From the NCBI GenBank assembly GCA_043228905.1, contig JBHGNT010000015.1, forward strand, positions 11,966,001 through 12,030,000: a stretch of DNA of 64,000 nt. The letters run 5' to 3'. The notes beneath the pieces are model-generated. The model did no database searches, was not told the DNA's origin, and was given only the letters and a program-made list of their open reading frames with translations. This DNA is from Azolla caroliniana (lineage: Eukaryota; Plantae; Polypodiophyta). Both the position numbers and the translations under genes were made by a program. This document shows, piece after piece, positions 26,173-37,852 of this stretch (position 1 is the stretch's first letter; each line of letters starts with the position of its first letter).

Positions 26173-28370
26173 TGTTAAGAAACAAGCTCAACAAAAGCAT
26201 GTGATGCATCTTGGTAACTGAGATATTTTATAGTAGCTATTGGGAAATTAGCTACTATTAGGCATATAGGTAAAACAACTATTTAGCTATCCACAACTAT
26301 TTAGCTATTCATAGCTATTTAGCTAGTCACAACTAATTAGCCAGTCACAGCAAATTAGCTGAATATGTAAGTCACTTATATACTTAGGAAAATAGTAAGA
26401 GTAGTAAGTAGTAGGAAAGTGAGTAGAGAAAAAAACAGAAAACAGACGAGAGAGGTTTCTCTGTGTAATGAAATAGAAGCTTTGGGTTGCTACTGAGGTA
26501 AGTCTCCTTCCCCTTTCCTTTCTCTCTGGAACACAATAACGATCCACCACATCATGATCCGCTCTGCATTAAGAACAGCCGGAGCACCTTTGTAACATGG
26601 TATCAGAGTAGAGTTGCTCATAAAGAAGAACAATACAGAACTGAGAAAATTTCTCCATTTGCTGATATGAATTAGAGAGGTTCTTGTTGAAGTTAATCGT
26701 AGCTAAAGCCCTAAATTGAAAGGGAGATGGCTGCTGAAAATGGAAGCCAAATAGTCACAGAAAAACAGGATAAAAACAATTTGCCTGCGTGGAAATTCAG
26801 AATGACAAATTTCTTGATGGGAAAAGGATATTGGGATTACATTGAAGGAGACCTAGAAGAGGCTCCAGAGATCCCTAAAGAAAATGCAAGTGCTGCACAA
26901 ATCAAAGCATTTAAAGATTGGAATCAAGGGGCAAGAAAAGTGTTGCATTGGTTGTCACTTAACATCTCAGATTCGATGCTTGGACATATACAAGATGCTT
27001 TGCTTCCAAAAGAAGCTTGGGATAGTTTGGTGAAACTGTTTGCAGGAAACACAAAAGCAAGAAAACTTCAGTTGAAGACTAAACTAAATACCTTGGAAAA
27101 AGGTAAGATGTGAGTCAATGAGTATTCTTTGAAAATAAAGAGCATATGTGAGTCACTTTCTTCTATTAATGTGAAGGTAGAAGATGGTGATAAGGTAGAA
27201 GTATGCTTAAGGTGTTTAGGACCTCAATACAAAGCTTCAAAACATCCATTCTCACAAGGGATAGCATCCCAAGCTTTGCAGATTTGGTTTCAATGCTTGT
27301 AATGGAAGAATGAAATAAGATTGAAGATACAAACAAAGGAAACTTTGAAATTGAGGGGCAAGCCCTCTACAATAGTGCTAGAAGAGGCCGAGGAAGAGGC
27401 CATGGAAGATTTGGTTCAACTAGAACCAATAATAGTTATTAAGGAAGAGGACAACAAGCTATAAGTGGAAGAAACAACATTAGAGGCAGGGGGAGCAATC
27501 GAGGCAGAGGTAAGCAAACTTATTGGAGTGATGATGGCTATTGGTATTGTGGGAAACCAAGTCATACACAGGCTAAGTGTTATAAAAAGCAAAATGATGA
27601 AAAAAGAGGGAAGAGACAATAGAATAATTATGCTTCAACTAGTGAGAATTGTGACAAAGAGGGTGTTTTTGTGATGCAACATGAGACAATAGCAATGGCT
27701 GAATGTTTACAGAGATGTAATGAAGATTATATGTGGTATGTAGATTCTGGGGCATCTAATCATATGACAGGACATGCAAACTGGTTTAAAAGTCTAAGAG
27801 AACTAGAGATTCCTGGTTATGTACAAATAGGTGATAATACTACTCACACAATTGAGCATGTTGGAGATATTCCATTGTGGGAAGAAAGAGAAAAAACAAA
27901 GTATATGTTGAATGTTATGCATGTTCCAAACCTTGCAAAAAATCCGATTTCTGTTGGATAGATAGTAGAGCAAGGAATGCAAGTAAAGTTTAAGCAAAGT
28001 GGGTGCTTTATAGAGAAACATGGAAAGCTTATTGCAAAAGGAAAACGTCAAGGAAGAATGTTTGTTTTAGATGTGGATATGCCTAAAAAGATTATAGCCA
28101 TGTTTGAAGGAGGAATGAATGTAATCTCAGATGTAGAAATGTGGCATAACCAAATCAAACATATAAGTATGCAAACTTTGCAAAATATGCAGTGGTTGGA
28201 TTGCCTAAGTTGAAAGACTGTGAGATGAACAAAATATGTGAAGCATGTCAATATGGAAAGCAAAATAGGTTGCCTTTCCCTCATGAAGGACATATAAGCA
28301 AAAACTTGTTGGATTTGGTACATACAAATGTATGGGGACCAACAAAAAATGCCTCAATTGGTGGTTGAAC
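26173..28370 (+). mobile_element. 3'-truncated Ty1/copia element (LTR, tRNA-iMet PBS, gag, protease, start of integrase)
   Basis: LTR ~26173-26597 and PBS TGGTATCAGAG at 26598. Gag AWKFRMTNFL, knuckle CGKPSH, protease WYVDSGASNHM. Stops and frameshifts throughout. Confidence 0.85.
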
Positions 28371-28371
28371 A

Positions 28372-29413
28372 TCGTTGGAGTATTTGCTAGAGATGCATTG
28401 TATGACTCCCTTGCAAATGGTTTTGCTGAGACCGAGGCGTATGTAGGCTCCGACCTGGTCCTTGGCATTTGTAACTGGCGTTCCGAACGTCGTTCGGAAA
28501 GCCGATTATCACATCGTACTGCTCGACTGATTGCCTCTATGAGCGTTTTGGTTCTTCAGGGAAAGTCAAGAGTAAGTCTTTGACATCATTTCATAGGCTA
28601 TATCAAAATTGCTCCATCAATGCTTGATCATCCCAGGGGATATCGGAGGCAAGTAGACGGAAATTTGTAGCTTAAGCGGAGGCTGGATGATCATGTTGAT
28701 GTAATCGTCGGATTTTGTTGATTGTTGTCCTTATGCTATCAGTATCTCCAAAACAGGCTTTAAACTCGCTTATAAACTCTTCAAAATTATTTAGTAATGG
28801 AGATTCCTTTTCTAACAATGGAGAAAACCATGCCAAAGCAGAGCCGCTTAGCAATGTGCCTACTAGACCCACTCGTGATGCATTGGTAAGATATTGGGAA
28901 GGATGCATTTGAATTACTAATCGTACCTGATTAAGGAATCCTCCGAATTGTGATCGCATTCCATCAAATATCATAGGAAGGCCGATCTTGGGTTCTTTAT
29001 GAATCCCTTGAGTACTTGGTCCTTGTTGTTGCAATGTTATAATGGTTGCTTCAAGTTGTTTCACGCATAACACCATCTCCCATGTTGTTGTTGCGTTTGC
29101 TGCTTTTCTAAAGAGATTTGTTGAAGACCCTCCAATAGCCATTGATTTTCTTGTTCCAATGCGAGAAACTTTTCTTTCAAGGATTGCAACTATGAGAAAA
29201 CGGATTGATATTCTTGAGTGCTAATAGTTGCCATAGTATTGGAGAAAGGAGGGATAAGAGGATTAGTATGAAGGAAGGGAGGAGTAAGAAGATAGAGGTA
29301 ATTCGGTTCAAACTGTTAGGAATAGTACTAAAGACGTAGAGGGAATTAGTACTAGAGCTACAGAAGGATTAGTACTATGAGTACTTAAGAGGAGAAGATG
29401 GTGTGGAACTAAC

Positions 29414-29461
<48 letters not shown>

Positions 29462-29771
29462 GGCAATAGAAGATATATATTATAAGGAGAAAAATACAAG
29501 AACAACTAGGAGGCTTAAGATTGGCGTTGAACCGAATTGGTTCGAAATAATGCCTTGTGCCTCTTTTTATAGTGCTGTCAGGAGTACTCCTGAAGTTTCT
29601 AGAATGTTCTAGAGAAATCTGGAATATACATCAATTATCTATAGTGAAATAATAAATGAAAACAATATTCTTTGTATTACAATGTATAGCTTAACTATAG
29701 GGCTTCAATCCATGTGACACAAGGTCATGGGTTCAAATCCTTTTAAAGCCATACTATGCTATATCATGACA
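28372..29771 (-). mobile_element. Truncated Tcn1/sushi-like gypsy element: 5' LTR (29314-29771) plus decayed gag
   Basis: LTR and gag are homologous to the element at 55421-61146 (HKEPKIGLP..FDG.RSQF, MPR.RSEPTYASV). Confidence 0.85.
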
Positions 29772-30069
29772 TGCTTCTTCGTATAACATCGGTTCACCAA
29801 CGTCCGGGAAGAAGACCCTAGGAGAGTACTGTTACCGGCTTAGGATAACACAGTTCCGAATCCTCAATCCTTTCGGGTTCGGCTCAAGGGTATCATGATT
29901 AGGGAAGGAGTGCGAAGGGGTGTACTCGTAGCTTGGGTTGCTGTGTGCAAGAATCGTGCTGGATATCTCGATTGTGGAGATTGTGGACGTTTATGAAGAC
30001 AACTACGACTGACTCGTGTTGGGATTACGGTCCCTCCGGATGGGATGGTCAGATGTCCGGGAATCGGGA

Positions 30070-30200
30070 ATGAAGACCCGAATGAGGAGTACCCGGTTTC
30101 GGAACCGGATGATGAAGACCCGGTTTCGGATCCGGATGATGAAGACCCAGTTTCGGATCCGGATGATGAAGACCCCGGCTACGGAGCCGGATGACGAATG
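30070..30200 (+). repeat. 27-28 bp tandem repeats (CCGGATGATGAAGACCC..) in copia U3; variable copy number across LTRs of A and B, with a related ~54-bp unit in C
   Basis: Also seen at 34850-35000, 42040-42160, 46860-46955, 52140-52430 and 62770-63055. Confidence 0.9.
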
Positions 30201-30711
30201 TACCCGGAGAGAGATCCGGATGCGGGGACATATTTGTGAATATGTTTGCCAAGGGCCCTCTAGGCTATATTTGTAAATAGCCCGAAAGTCATATGTGTAT
30301 AAATATGACTTAGGGCAAACAGTTTTGCTGTTGTTGCTCATTTTTCTGTTTTCCACTTAGAGGGAGCGAAGTGAGAGCAGCCGAGAGAGAGAGTGAGTGA
30401 GAGAGAGAAAGGAAGAGGTCGACGCCTCTGTGTAATACCGCCGCCTGTGGCGAGGACAGCGAGCTCAAGGTCGTCGCCTTGCAGCTCGCCATTGTACATT
30501 CCCTGCGTATAGTGATAGTTGGAGTCTTGCACTCCCGTGGTTTTTCCCGTCTAGGGTTTTCCACGCTAAACCCTGTGCATTCAAGTCTCTCTCTGTGTTT
30601 TTCGATATACTTCTGCATTGACTCGTGTTTCCTCGGTTGTGGCCGAGAGGTGACGGTTTAGAAAGCGTCAATTCCCAACAATCTGGTATCAGAGCGACAG
30701 CAGTGCAGAAA

Positions 30712-33700
30712 ATGGAAGGCGGCAGCAGCGGGCAGCCGGGGATGATGGTGCTGAACGCGCAGAACTACGCCGACTGGAAGATAAAGATGGAGGATCTGCT
30801 CATTGTTCGGGACCTGTATGAACCGATCGACAGGTCGGAAATACCCAAGGGGGTACTTGAGACGGAATGGAGGCTTCTGAACCGGAAAGCCGTTGCAACC
30901 ATTCGGCAATACGTCGACGTGAGCGTTCTACAACATGTGGCGAACGACACCAACGCATATGAGATGCGGCAGAAGCTGTCGGGCCTCTACGAGAGGAAAA
31001 ATGCGTTGAACCGGACCTCCCTGATGAGGAAGATAGTGAACCTCAAGTACCGGGACGGCGAGAGTATGGTGGAACACGTAAGCACGTTCATGGGATTCGT
31101 GAACCAGCTTGCGGCGATCAAGTTCCCGTTGGAGGATGCAATGCAAGCCATCATGCTGATGTGTACATTGTCGGAAAGCTGGGAGAACTTGGTGGTGACT
31201 CTCAGCACCTCCTGCACCGAAGATAACTTGTCTCTACAAACGGTAAAGACAAGCATTTTGAACGAAGAAGCGCGTCGGAGAGATAAAGAACCGGCCTCCG
31301 ATCCGAAGATGCTGCTTACCGAATCGGATCGGGGAAGACAACGGAACCGGAGTCCGCAAAGACGGGAGAAGTCGGGGACCCGGTCGTAGTCAAGAGGAAG
31401 GCCCACATACTTCCACTGTGGGAAGCAGGGGCACTTCCGAAAGAATTGTCGGCATTACCGAAAAGACAACGGAGCCGACGACACCGATTCAAAGAAGTCT
31501 TCGGAACGGAACGGTGCTTACCGGGGAGCCACGGACCGGAATGGTTCGGATCGGCGAGGGCAGGACCGGAAAGGAACGACGGCACTCGCGGCAAGTGAAG
31601 AGGAGATCATGCTCATCACCGAAGAAGGTGAACTAAACATTGCCGGCGATGAGACTACCTGGGTGGTCGATTCCGGAGCGTCGTTCCACCTGACCCCGGA
31701 AAGAAGATACTTCTCATCCTACACAGCCGGTGAGCATGGCTGTGTTCGGATGGGAAATGAAGGTACGTGCCGGATTGCCGGCATAGGAGACGTGTGGTTG
31801 ACAACCTCGACCGGATGCAAAATGTTGCTGAAGGATGTCCGACACGTTCCGGAGGTTCGATTGAACCTGATTTCGGCCGGGAGGCTAGACGATGAAGGCT
31901 ACACAGGTAGCATCCGGAACTGCGTAATGAAGTTCAGCAAGGGGAGCCTGATAGTGGCTCGGGCCCGGAATGTCAACACACTGTACCTTATGAATGCCTG
32001 GTTGTGTCCGGAGGAGTTGAACGTGGCAGCCGACACTGCCGGTGAGCTGTGGCACAAGAGACTGTGCCACATGAGTGAGAAGGGGATGAAGAGGCTTGCA
32101 GAAGACAACCTTATTCCAGTGAAGCATGTGCACCTGGAGAAGTGCACCGATTGCCTGGCCGGTAAGATGAACCGAACCTCCTTCCACTCAAGGTCACCGA
32201 CGAGACGTAGCGCACCATTGGAGTTGGTGCACACTGACGTGTGTCAAGTAGAAACGAAGTCACATGGCGGAGCCCAGTACTTCGTGACATTCATTGATGA
32301 CCACAGTCGGAAGCTGTGGACGGCACCGTTGAAGACAAAGGACCAAGTGTTGTGCGTCTTCAAAGAACTCCACGCGAGAGTGGAAAGGAAATCCGGCAAG
32401 AAGCTGAAAGCGATACGAGCGGATAACGGAGGGGAATACCGGGGGCAGTTCAAGGAGTAGTGTCGCTCGAAGGGAATCCGGCTCGAGTTTACTGTGCCGA
32501 AGACGCCGGAACTGAACGGGCTGGCTGAGAGGATGAACCAGACCATAATGGAGAGGGTCCGGAGTATGCTGGCGCATGCGAAATTACCCAAGGGGTTTTG
32601 GGCTGAGGCAATGTCGACGGCGACATACGTGATAAACAGATCACCCTCAGTACCTTTGGACGGAGACACGCCGCAGAGAGTGTGGACCGGTAGGGAAGTA
32701 TCCTACCGGCATCTGAAGGTGTTCGGGTGTCTCGCATATGTGCATGTGGCCAAGGACCGGAGAGGAAAGCTAGATCCAAAGACCCGGCCATGCATATTCC
32801 TCGGTTACGGCGATGACGAGTTCGGCTACCGAGTATGGGACCCGGTCGACAAAAAGATATTCCGGAGTCGTGATATCATCTTCATGGAGGACAAGACCCT
32901 CGCCGACTAGGAGTCGGAGACGAAGATGAAGAGCTCCAAGTCGACCGGTGAGGATCAACTCTATGAGGAGCAGTCCCGACCGGCAAGGGACTGGTTAGCA
33001 CTCGAGGATCCGGCCGAAGACGGTGAAGAAACAGAACCGGCCGAGGAAGCTGAAAATGATACCGGAATCGGCCCCGATCCCGAAATGGATTCGGATGAAG
33101 AGGAAACGGAGGAGCCGGTTACCGAAGCTCCGGAACGGAGATATCCTCTAAGAGAGAGAAGGGCCCCCCGGAGATTTCCGGAACCAGAGCACGTGCTGCT
33201 AACCGACGAGGGGGAGCCGAAGAGTTTTGAAGAAGCAAAGCTTGACACCCATAGCCGCAGGTGGTTAAGTGCCATGTAGGAGGAGATGAATTCCCTGCAT
33301 GAGAACCACACATATGAACTTGTGGAGTTGCCGAAAGGAAAGCGGGCACTTCGAAACAAGTGGGTGTTCAAGCTGAAACCGGGAGATGCCGGAAACCCCC
33401 CGAGATACAAAGCCAGGATCGTGGTGAAGGGGTTCCAGCAGAAGAAGGGCGTCGACTTCGACGAGATATTTGCCCCGGTAGTGAAGATGACCTCCATCCG
33501 GACGGTGCTGAGCATAGCGGCAAGCATGGACCTCGAGGTAGAACAGATGGACGTGAAGACGACATTCCTTCACGGTGACCTCGAAGAAGAGATCTACATG
33601 CAGCAACCGGAAGGATTCGAGAAGAAAGGGAAGGAGCACCTGGTATGCCGGTTGAAGAAGAGCCTTTACGGACTGAAGCAGGCTCCCCGGCAATGGTACC

Positions 33701-34784
33701 GGAAGTTCGACTCTTTCATGACCGACGAAGGGTACCACAAAACGCAGTCCGATCACTGCGTGTTTGTGAAGAAGTTCGAAGGAGGAGACTTTCTAATACT
33801 CCTCTTGTACGTGGACGACATGTTGATCGTCGGACGGGACCAGGTCAAGATACGGATGCTGAAGAAAGCGCTTCACCGAACCTTCTCAATGAAGGACCTG
33901 GGTCCGGCGAGGCAAATACTAGGGATGCACATCATCCGGGACCGGAAGAAGAAGCAGTTGTGGCTGTCACAGGAGAAGTACGTGACAAAGGTGCTTCACC
34001 GGTTCAACATGTCGGAAGCAAGACCGGTCGGGTCAACTCTCCCGGAAAACTGCAAGTTGTCCAGCAAGCAAAGCCCCAAGACAAAGGCTGAGAAGGAGGA
34101 CATGATGAAAGTACCATATGCCTCTGCCGTCGGAAGCTTGATGTACGCAATGGTGTGTACAAGACCGGACATAGGATATGCAGTCGGAGTGGTGAGCCGG
34201 TACATGAGCATTCCCGGCAAAGAGCACTGGAACGCGGCCAAGTGGATACTCCGATACCTGAAGGGCACGGCAAACGTGTGCCTCCGATTCGGCTCCGGTA
34301 AGCCCGAACTCGACGGCTTACCGATTCGGATATGTCGGCTGATGCAGATACCAGCCGGTCCACATCAGGGTATGTGATGACGTATGCAGGGGGAGCTGTT
34401 TCGTGGCAGTCGAGGCTGCAGAAGACGGTTGCGTTGTCAACCACGGAGGCGGAGTACATGGCGGCTGTTGAAGCCGGCAAGGAAATAATATGGATGAAGG
34501 ACTTCATTAGAGAGCTCGGTATCCGGCAGGAGGAGTACCGACTCTACTGCGACAGTCAGAGTGCCATCCACCTTGCGAAGAATGTGGCCTATCACTCCCG
34601 GACGAAGCACATCCAGCGAAGATATCACTGGATCCGGGAAAGGATAGAAGACCAGGAGTTCGTGCTGACGAAGATCCACACGGACGAGAACGGGTCAGAT
34701 ATGCTGACCAAAGTGCTCACACCGGACAAGCTGGAAGCGTGCCGGAAGAGGGTCGGACTGGAAAGACATCCCATGCCGAAGTGA
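30712..34784 (+). pseudogene. Copia A gag-pol (gag, PR DSGAS, INT, RT YVDD, RNase H) with stops and frameshifts
   Basis: ORF fragments 30625-31389, 31609-32460, 32494-32910, 32926-33279, 33286-34377 and 34332-34784. Confidence 0.92.
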
Positions 34785-37700
34785 AGGGGGAGTTTGTTGG
34801 GATTACGGTCCCTCCGGATGGGATGGTCAGATGTCCGGGAATCGGGAATGAAGACCCGAATGAGGAGTACCCGGTTTCGGAACCGGATGATGAAGACCCG
34901 GTTTCGGATCCGGATGATGAAGACCCGGTTTCGGATCCGGATGATGAAGACCCCGGCTACGGAGCCGGATGATGAAGACCCCGGCTACGGAGCCGGATGA
35001 CGAATGTACCCGGAGAGAGATCCGGATGCGGGGACATATTTGTGAATATGTTTGCCAAGGGCCCTCTAGGCTTTATTTGTAAATAGCCCGAAAGTCATAT
35101 GTGTATAAATATGACTTAGGGCAAACAGTTTTGCTGTTGTTGCTCATTTTTCTGTTTTCCACTTAGAGGGAGCGAAGTGAGAGCAGCCGAGAGAGAGAGT
35201 GAGAGAGAGAGATAAAGGAAGAGGTCGACGCCTCTGTGTAATACCGCCGCCTGTGGCGAGGACAACGAGCTCAAGGTCGTCGCCTTGCAGCTCGCCATTG
35301 TACATTCCCTGCGTATAGTGATAGTTGGAGTCTTGCACTCCCGTGGTTTTTCCCGTCTAGGGTTTTCCACGCTAAACCCTGTGCATTCAAGTCTCTCTCT
35401 GTGTTTTTCGATATACTTCTGCATTGACTCGTGTTTCCTCGGTTGTGGCCGAGAGGTGACGGTTTAGAAAGCGTCAATTCCCAACAATCTGGTATCAGAG
35501 TGACTGCAGTGCAGAAAATGGAAGGCGGCAGCAGCGGGCAGCCGGGGATGATGGTGCTGAACGCGCAGAACTACGCCGACTGGAAGATAAAGATGGAGGA
35601 TCTGCTCATTGTTCGGGACCTGTATGAACCGATCGACAGGTCGGAAATAACCAAGGGGGTACTTGAGACGGAATGTAGGCTTCTGAACCGGAAAGCCGTT
35701 GCAACCATTCGGCAATACGTCGACGTGAGCGTTCTACAACATGTGGCGAACGACACCAACGCATATGAGATGCGGCAGAAGCTGTCGGGCCTCTACGAGA
35801 GGAAAAATGCGTTGAACCGGACCTCCCTGATGAGGAAGATAGTGAACCTCAAGTACCGGGACGGCGAGAGTATGGTGGAACACGTAAGCACGTTCATGGG
35901 ATTCGTGAACCAGCTTGCGGCGATCAAGTTCCCGTTGGAGGATGCAATGCAAGCCATCATGCTGATGTGTACATTGCCGGAAAGCTGGGAGAACTTGGTG
36001 GTGACTCTCAGCACCTCCTGCACCGAAGATAACTTGTCTCTACAAACGGTAAAGACAAGCATTTTGAACGAAGAAGCGCGTCGGAGAGATAAAGAACCGG
36101 CCTCCGATCCGAAGATGCTGCTTACCGAATCGTACATAGCGTACATAGCGTGAACCGCAGTCCTTCATGGGCGGTTACGTACATAGCGTGAACCACAGTC
36201 CTTCATGAATGTCTTAGTCGTTTCAATGTTTTCTTCTTCTTTACTACTTTTCATCCCTCACCCATCTTGTTTACATTGCCGTAACCATCCACTTGTCTTT
36301 TCCCGTTTCGTTGTTTCCCACTTGGTCGCCCGAGGTGACCAACACATGGTATGCCTATGGGACAGTGCTTGCACGGCCAAACCCACAGGGCAATCTATAC
36401 GTCATGGGCATCTCTGGGAAAGTCAGGACTTTCTTCGTCAGCTCTCGTGTGCCAGGTTTGGTGAGGCCGGTTGGCTCCATTGACTCCGTTTGGGCCGTTG
36501 GTTCAGCTCTGGCTGTCTTTTCTGGTTTTGGGTCTCCTTCTGCGCGGCATGGCTTGGGATTGTTGTTGAGGGGTTCCTCTATCCAACTTTGTTCCTGTGG
36601 CATATCTTCTGTCTGAGTTTCGGCGGGGTTTTCTCCTAGGCATTGGTCATCCGACATTTCTTCTTGTGGGGGTATGGGAACTATGTCGTCGTTATCTTCC
36701 GTGGCATGCTCACTGGAGTCGTTGTCGGGGATGAAAAAGTTAGCGTGCGGAAGTGTTAGACAAATCGGCTTAGCTGGATAGCAACAGAGAATAAGAGAAG
36801 GTTTAATGGAAAAGGTTCACACAGAAAGTATACACGGGAGGGATAGAGAGAGCAGAACATAAAAGCTAAATTCAAAATAACGACAATACTCTCAATGTAC
36901 AATGTGCTACAACAACACTATTTATACAAGTCCTTAAAAGGACTGATAGAAGTACAATGTAGTTCAATATTCCTACATGCGACTGACACTAACTACGAGA
37001 CAATGATTACCTAGTAGTCTAGGCTACTACTAGGCTTCCGGTTCCCGCTCGAATCCGGCTCTCAGATCTGGCCGGTTGTATCTGGATGCCGATCCGGCTC
37101 TTGTTTCCGGATACCGATCCGGCTCATCCTTCCGGATGTCGTCTAGATGCCGATCTGGCTACAATCCGACTCAAGCTTGTTCAGCCGATCCAGATTCGGT
37201 TGAGCTTGCTCGCACAACACTCCCCCTCAAGTTCAAGTTGAGGTCGGATTGTGGCGTTAGTGTCTGTGGCAGCCGACCCTTCCACCCGACTCCTTCTGAC
37301 GTCCTCCCGCATTGATCGCGCTTCTCGTCCGGTTCGGTTCCACTTCCCGCAACCCATCCGGTACTGCGCACCTTGACCTCCTTGGTCGGCTTGTCTGCTT
37401 AACAGGCCTATTTCAGCTCCTTTGCTATTATGACTCAGATGCTTGTTGATCCATCGGTTCCTCCGTGTCGGTGTCGACTTCTATTGCCTTCTCATGCATG
37501 TTGTCCACCGGAATAGTAACCGACGAACAAGAGCGTAGGACAGACTGTGTTCCTAAGCGGTAACACTTTTGGCACGCTTGTGATCTGTGTCTTCTCATAG
37601 ACGAGCAACGACGAATGGATGTTTAGCCGCAGACGCCCCAGAGAACCAACATGACAAGACCGGCCAATAACAAGGTCCGTCACATGCCAGGCAGAAGAAC

Positions 37701-37852
37701 GCGCACGGCAAAAGCCTTGACTGAGCGACCTCAGTACTACCTGCCGTGATTACAAAGGTGAGTCTTCGCTCTCCAAATACCTCGATGAGACGCGGGGAGT
37801 ACGCTCACCACAACCACCCTGTGGTCTTTCTCGACCCGCCGTAGCCCCCAAC

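Larger units (their letters stand above)
30017..36132 (+). mobile_element. Ty1/copia element A, tandem LTR-internal-LTR-gag(truncated)
   Basis: LTRs 30017-30680 and 34795-35486, each followed by ATC+TGGTATCAGAG. PPT GTGAAGGGGGAG before 34795. The second gag copy breaks off at 36132. Confidence 0.93.
29830..36753 (-). mobile_element. 3' end of a non-chromovirus gypsy element (gypsy-2): 3' LTR split into 29830-30016 and ~36133-36344, plus extra-ORF remnant
   Basis: The LTR end (minus strand CTGTGTTATCCTAAGCCGGTAACA) and the pre-LTR motif GCACTGTCCCATAGGCATACCATG|TGTTG resemble gypsy-1 at 63477 and 51556-51584. Confidence 0.65.
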
